Shown here in pieces: positions 59,600 through 64,000 of a stretch of DNA of 64,000 nucleotides. The position numbers and the translations under genes were made by a program. The stretch is from an uncultured Pseudomonadales bacterium (GTDB taxonomy: Bacteria; Pseudomonadota; Gammaproteobacteria; Pseudomonadales; UBA7434). Below the pieces are notes generated by a model, which ran no database searches, was not told the origin of the DNA, and saw only the letters and a list, made by a program, of their open reading frames with translations. The DNA is taken from the NCBI GenBank assembly GCA_943788835.1, contig CALSRU010000005.1:21343-85342 (forward strand), given 5' to 3'. Each line of letters opens with the position of its first letter. Position 1 is the first letter of the stretch.

Positions 59600-61018
59600 C
59601 TACTGGCTGTATTGAGCTTCTTTTATTTTTATACCCGCTTTGGGTATCAACCAAAAACCCGCTTTAACATCGACTTGCCCCCCCATCTGCTGCGTTACCA
59701 CTCGGTCTACAATAGCGATGCCTTTTTCTGCCATATCAGTGAAATTATCAATGCCATTGTTATCAAAATTGCCCCGCGTGCGATGAATATTGAACCGGTT
59801 AGATAATTTTTTGGAAAATAGCTTTTCAATCTCTTGTTTGCCGTACATAAAACCCAGTAAGCCGCCCCATGTAGCCGCAGGATTGTCAGAATCCCAGCCC
59901 ATTAATACAGCGATCTGTACCGTTTTTTTGTAATCGCCCTCGCCATAAAATAGGCTAACAAGGCTGGCCGCAAAGTTAATGCCAGAGGCAAAGCATCCAT
60001 TACAGTAGAGGTTTTTTGCAGTGATATTGTAGCCATCCTGCTGCTCCACCTGATAACGTTGATACAGAGCATCGCGCACTTTTTCCCAAGTCTTACCCGC
60101 GTTGTACTGCGACATCACAAAATCATACATCTGTGCAGAGTATGAACTGGGCGGCAGGCGCGCGCGTGCTTGTTGCGCTAGCCATATAACTTGCTGTTTG
60201 CGGCTGAGGGACGGATCTACGTATGACGCTAATGAATGCATGATGATATAGAACTCAGATGCCCATTGAGCGTTCTCTCGCGAGGTGGTTTGAATAGGCA
60301 GCGTTGCTATCTTTAATGCAATATCGGGCCTTGCTGGGGCTAGCAAACCAAAAATCTCCGTGGTCAACTGCGCATCAATCATATCAAAATGCGGGTTGTG
60401 CGCAGGGTCTCCGGTCTCGGGTGGTAGCATGCCGTGTTGCATTAAATCGTGTGCTTGTTGGTTGGAGACCCAAAGGAAATTCTCTTTGCTGCCATCATCA
60501 CTAACAAAGGGTGTATTTTCTTCAGAATAAATGTGATTGAGCCAGCCGTCTCGAATTTGCTCAGCTGATAAAATACTGACTTGATGGACATCCATTAGAT
60601 GCTGATACATGTACTCAATATCAGTATCATCGTCTGAGCCCCAGATCCCTGAGGCGCCCTCTAACACCCAGTTAATGGTGGTGGATAGGTTGCTAGGTAT
60701 GCCTTGTCCCCAAATGCTTGGCTGATCGGGGCCTCCCCAATCATCGCGAGTATAAAATTGGCCATGCTCACCTTCGCCACCAATTTTGTCCATCTCAGTG
60801 ACTAAGCCCGTCCAGTTAGCAATACTTTGCCCGAGCCAAAAACCCTCAAGTTTGTCTGCATAATCGACGCGCGATACGCGAAAAAAATCAATGTTCTGGG
60901 GCGTTTCTAATTTAGGATCACTATCTGAAGGCGCTACAGGCTCAAGCGAACTGCAGCTTGCCATCCAGAAGGCTAAAAAGAATATTATTGGTTTAAGCTT
61001 AATCGCCATTTCCCTCAT
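59600..61018 (-). CDS. exported ADP-ribosylglycohydrolase-family lipoprotein
   Basis: 472 aa. Signal and lipobox IIFFLAFWMASC. ARH-family signatures are GSDDDTDIEYMY and MGWDSDNPAATWGGLLGFMYG (compare GGDTD-x-x-A-x-x-G-x-x-G). ATG 61009 (after GAGGGA) is an alternative start. Confidence 0.8.
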   Translation of the reverse strand: MREMAIKLKPIIFFLAFWMASCSSLEPVAPSDSDPKLETPQNIDFFRVSRVDYADKLEGFWLGQSIANWTGLVTEMDKIGGEGEHGQFYTRDDWGGPDQPSIWGQGIPSNLSTTINWVLEGASGIWGSDDDTDIEYMYQHLMDVHQVSILSAEQIRDGWLNHIYSEENTPFVSDDGSKENFLWVSNQQAHDLMQHGMLPPETGDPAHNPHFDMIDAQLTTEIFGLLAPARPDIALKIATLPIQTTSRENAQWASEFYIIMHSLASYVDPSLSRKQQVIWLAQQARARLPPSSYSAQMYDFVMSQYNAGKTWEKVRDALYQRYQVEQQDGYNITAKNLYCNGCFASGINFAASLVSLFYGEGDYKKTVQIAVLMGWDSDNPAATWGGLLGFMYGKQEIEKLFSKKLSNRFNIHRTRGNFDNNGIDNFTDMAEKGIAIVDRVVTQQMGGQVDVKAGFWLIPKAGIKIKEAQYSQ

Positions 61019-61324
61019 TTAAATTGGCCTTGCTAAACTGTGTTGAAAGCCCGCTAAATCGCTGACTCGATTTTTGGCGCGTATCGTACATAATTTCGAG
61101 TCAACCACTATATCATTTTGCGGTAGATAATCGCGTGTAGCATAGTTAGCGAAGTGGTTGGCCTAGCGTTTTTATGGTGTTATATGAATATCTCATGGAA
61201 TGCCGCTAAGATAAATTAAGAGCTTTCTAAGTGGAGTAAGAAACTCAATTGATTATCGGTTGTCACCGATGTTTTTAATTCTATAATCTAGTGATACGAA
61301 ATCACTAAAATGATCTGATATCCA

Positions 61325-62008
61325 ATGACAATAAAGCTCTCAGATAGCCCTATTTTTATTCTCGGCTTACCGCGTTCTGGTACATCAATGATTGCCGGTG
61401 CTTTAAAGAAATCTGGTGCATGGACCGGCACCACAATTCTCGCCACACCACAAAATCCGAAAGGATTTTTTGAGCATGCCCATATTCGAGAGCAGCTCAT
61501 CAAGAAGACGTTGGTCTCTTTAGGCTGTGATCCGCTAGGGGTGCGCAGTCTGCCGCTTGAAACAGCAGAATTTTCTGAAGGCTCGTTACGTAATCAAGTC
61601 TTTAAAATCATTCAGCAAGATGGTTACCGTGGCGATCGGCCGTGGCTTTATAAAGACGCGAAGCTAACGCTGCTTTGGCCGATGTTTTCAAAAGCTTTTC
61701 CAAATGCTCGCTGGGTTTATGTTAAGCGTGATACCGATAGCTTCATTGACTCTTGCTTGCGTACACCATTTATGAATCAACATAGTACTGAAAGAGCCTA
61801 TTGGGCGGAGTTTGCCAATAGTTATTTGGCGCGTATTAATGCGTTGCAAGCCAGTGGAGCAAACTGCTTTTCTATTGCCACACCTAATATTATTGCCGGA
61901 GACTTCAGCGCACTGAAGCAGTTAATAGAAGAGCTTGAGCTTAGCTATAGTGAAAAAAAGCTGCGTAAATTTATTGCCCCCGAACATTGGCATGGAGAGA
62001 AAGCGTAA
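61325..62008 (+). CDS. sulfotransferase family protein
   Basis: 227 aa. The 5'-PSB PAPS-binding loop is ILGLPRSGTSM, and an RD-containing 3'-PB-like region is VYVKRDTDSF. No signal peptide. Confidence 0.8.
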   Translation: MTIKLSDSPIFILGLPRSGTSMIAGALKKSGAWTGTTILATPQNPKGFFEHAHIREQLIKKTLVSLGCDPLGVRSLPLETAEFSEGSLRNQVFKIIQQDGYRGDRPWLYKDAKLTLLWPMFSKAFPNARWVYVKRDTDSFIDSCLRTPFMNQHSTERAYWAEFANSYLARINALQASGANCFSIATPNIIAGDFSALKQLIEELELSYSEKKLRKFIAPEHWHGEKA

Positions 62009-62499
62009 ATTGAAAAAGTATTAAAATAGGCAGCCATGATAATGTTCCGATGCAGCTTAAGTTTGCAGAATAAAGTTAGTTGCGCGCACAGTGCTTGCTG
62101 ATCTTCACTCACTGTAGGTGCCTTGATTTCACTATTTTATTAGCCTAACAACAGGCTTTTCCTGATACTGAGCTGTCAGTTAATTTCGCTTTTTAAAAGC
62201 CACGAACTTTACTCATAGCAGTCGTCTGCCATCATGACGGACGGTGCTCGAAAATCTTTGCCTTCCACCATAATAAAGGTAAATAGCCCCTAATTACTGA
62301 CAGCAGGTGTGTAATCGATTCGCATTGGATCATCCAGAGCGATGATCACAGGCTCTAAATCAGCTGGACCAGGAGAGGTATAAACCACACCTTCGAAAGG
62401 CGTTCTGCCTGGCCCTCCTGGGTTATAGAAGGCTGCATATCCTCCGTCGAAACAAGCTTCGAAGAGGTGCATGTTTTTTGGAGTCATTAAGCGAGACCT

Positions 62500-62530
62500 T
62501 AGCCCCTGCTTCAGAGTAGGGGCTATTTTC
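62500..62530 (+). terminator. orphan terminator-like hairpin
   Basis: TAGCCCCT-(10 nt)-AGGGGCTA followed by TTTTC. No plus-strand ORF of 60 aa or more ends near it. Confidence 0.4.
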
Positions 62531-62639
62531 TGTTCGAAAGCATCTACTTCAGGTCAATAAATATGTTGACTTATATAATTATAAGGTATACATTTATATT
62601 GACTTTAAGATTTCATATAGTAAACAGAAAGGTTGACCC

Positions 62640-63110
62640 ATGGGTATCGATAGGGTTGTCGCCAAGCAATACAGAGATAAGGTCAATCAAGCCTCTATGC
62701 GGCTTGACGGGCTCTCTATACCTTTTGAAGGGTGGTTAAGAACCGTTCGTCATGCTCTTGGTATGTCTGGCCCGCAATTGGCCGAGCGCCTTGGCGTTAC
62801 CAAGGCGCGTGTCTCAAAAGCGGAAAAGGATGAATTGGTGGGTGGTGTCACGCTCAAGACCATGCAAAACATGGCCGAGGCGATGGGCTGCCGATTTGTC
62901 TATGCAGTTGTGCCAGAGCAAAAGGTTGAAGAGGTGATTAAAGAGCGCGCCCAGAAAAAGGCGCGTGAACAAGTCAAAAGCGCTTCAACACATATGGCCT
63001 TAGAATCGCAAACACTTAGTGATGAGCAGCTTGCATTCGAGATTGATCGTATTGCGACTGAGATTGTTGAAAAAATGCCATCAGATCTATGGACGGATGA
63101 GAAAGGGTAG
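62640..63110 (+). CDS. XRE-family HTH protein ('mobile mystery protein A' type)
   Basis: 156 aa. HTH region ALGMSGPQLAERLGVTKARVSKAEKDE followed by TLKTMQNMAEAMGCRFVYAVVP. It sits immediately upstream of a Fic gene, matching my recollection of TIGR02612. Confidence 0.8.
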   Translation: MGIDRVVAKQYRDKVNQASMRLDGLSIPFEGWLRTVRHALGMSGPQLAERLGVTKARVSKAEKDELVGGVTLKTMQNMAEAMGCRFVYAVVPEQKVEEVIKERAQKKAREQVKSASTHMALESQTLSDEQLAFEIDRIATEIVEKMPSDLWTDEKG

Positions 63111-63113
63111 TGA

Positions 63114-63719
63114 ATGAGTCATGTACCACCAAAATTAGTTGGTGAGCCAGATGGTTCAACGCCACTCGATCCTGACGAGATGGAGGGACTACTCCACAAG
63201 CATGTGACCATCCGTGGCGAGCTGGATCAACTTGAACAGGCCAATATCGTGGAAGGCATGAATTGGCTTAAGAAGCAAAAGCGCCCCGATGTGCTCACAG
63301 AAGGTTTTGCCTGTGAATTACATAAACGACTTTTTGGTAAAGTCTGGAAGTGGGCAGGGAGCTTCAGGCGGACGGAAAAGAATATTGGGATAGATCCAGT
63401 ACAAATCGCGATCCAGTTGCGCCTGCTTTTAGATGATGCGCGTTTTTGGATAGAAAACGGTACCTATCCACCAAAAGAGCTGGCCGCGCGGTTTCATCAC
63501 AAGCTGGTTTATATCCACTTGTTCCCTAATGGGAATGGCCGTCACGCGCGTATCATGGCCGATGCGCTACTGACCAAGCTTATGGATGAACCTGCTATCG
63601 ATTGGGCAGGGGGATATCGGCTAGAAAGTATGAACGAGCGACGCGATCAGTACATAGCGGCGCTTAGAGATGCAGACGGGCACGACTTTGACGCGTTGTT
63701 CGCCTTCGTAGGAGCTTGA
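63114..63719 (+). CDS. Fic-family protein ('mobile mystery protein B' type)
   Basis: 201 aa. The Fic core motif is HLFPNGNGRHAR (nt 63516-63551). It starts 3 nt after the partner's stop. Confidence 0.85.
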   Translation: MSHVPPKLVGEPDGSTPLDPDEMEGLLHKHVTIRGELDQLEQANIVEGMNWLKKQKRPDVLTEGFACELHKRLFGKVWKWAGSFRRTEKNIGIDPVQIAIQLRLLLDDARFWIENGTYPPKELAARFHHKLVYIHLFPNGNGRHARIMADALLTKLMDEPAIDWAGGYRLESMNERRDQYIAALRDADGHDFDALFAFVGA

Positions 63720-63784
63720 GCAGTTTTAATCAGGTAAGATAGCGCGCTTTTTGGCGGTTCAGTCGAAAAGCGATTTCTGTAATG

Positions 63785-63807
63785 GGTGTAAATTTAGGTG
63801 TAAATTA
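63785..63807. repeat. tandem direct repeat just upstream of prfC
   Basis: GGTGTAAATTTA followed by GGTGTAAATTA, ending 13 nt before the prfC ATG. Confidence 0.5.
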
Positions 63808-63820
63808 GGATTTTTGGGGT

Positions 63821-64000
63821 ATGTCAGATAGCAATTTAGTCAATGAAATCAACAAGAGAAGAACGTTTGCTATCATCTCGCACCCCGATGCGGGTAAAAC
63901 CACGATTACAGAAAAACTGTTGCTGCTGGGTCAACTGATTCAGGTAGCGGGTTCAGTTAAGGGCAAGAAGGCTGATCGTCATGCCACCTCAGACTGGATG
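63821..64000 (+). CDS. prfC: peptide chain release factor 3, 5' part
   Basis: [60 protein letters not shown] matches the PrfC N-terminal G1 region. The gene continues beyond the window. Confidence 0.93.
   Translation, partial: MSDSNLVNEINKRRTFAIISHPDAGKTTITEKLLLLGQLIQVAGSVKGKKADRHATSDWM

Noticed and set aside
1-64000. Scan for tRNA/rRNA genes, CRISPR arrays, IS elements, integrases and prophage genes
   Set aside because: None recognised. No regularly spaced repeats, no transposase- or integrase-like translations in the ORF track, and no cloverleaf-like sequences in the intergenic regions I read.

Overview
Chromosomal segment of a gammaproteobacterium. Gene order resembles Pseudomonas and marine Cellvibrionales-type genomes, and hand-counted core lines are about half G+C. 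I saw no rRNA, tRNA, CRISPR array, IS element, transposase or integrase. Most of the window is conserved housekeeping: rpe, trpE-trpG-trpD-trpC, crp/vfr with a divergent osmC-like gene, coq7, pckA, a yrfG-like gene with hslR and hslO, engB, cytochrome c4, dsbA, pntAA-pntAB-pntB, a LysR-GST pair, gcvT-gcvP (no gcvH), cytochrome c5, a FabH-family KAS III, rep, rppH-ptsP, a TauE-family gene, lgt, thyA, ilvD and the start of prfC. It also holds a six-gene TonB2-type cluster (DUF3450, TtpC-like, ExbB, ExbD, TonB, TPR) and four c-di-GMP turnover proteins (HD-GYP, GGEEF, CHASE-PAS-GGDEF, REC-GGDEF-EAL). The only clearly accessory stretch is an AT-rich islet at about 58.1-63.8 kb between a DUF6122-like gene and prfC. 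The islet carries small orphan exported proteins, a Kazal-like lipoprotein, an exported ADP-ribosylglycohydrolase-family lipoprotein divergent from a sulfotransferase, and an XRE-HTH/Fic cassette of the 'mobile mystery protein A/B' type. That cassette is my best candidate for an uncharacterised system. Other points worth a second look are tandem LexA boxes in front of an unrecognisable 173-aa ORF, a Trp-codon-rich mini-ORF upstream of trpE, a perfect 28-bp palindrome inside the TonB2 operon, and a CRP/Vfr-like box upstream of crp. All family calls come from reading the translations by eye; no searches were run.
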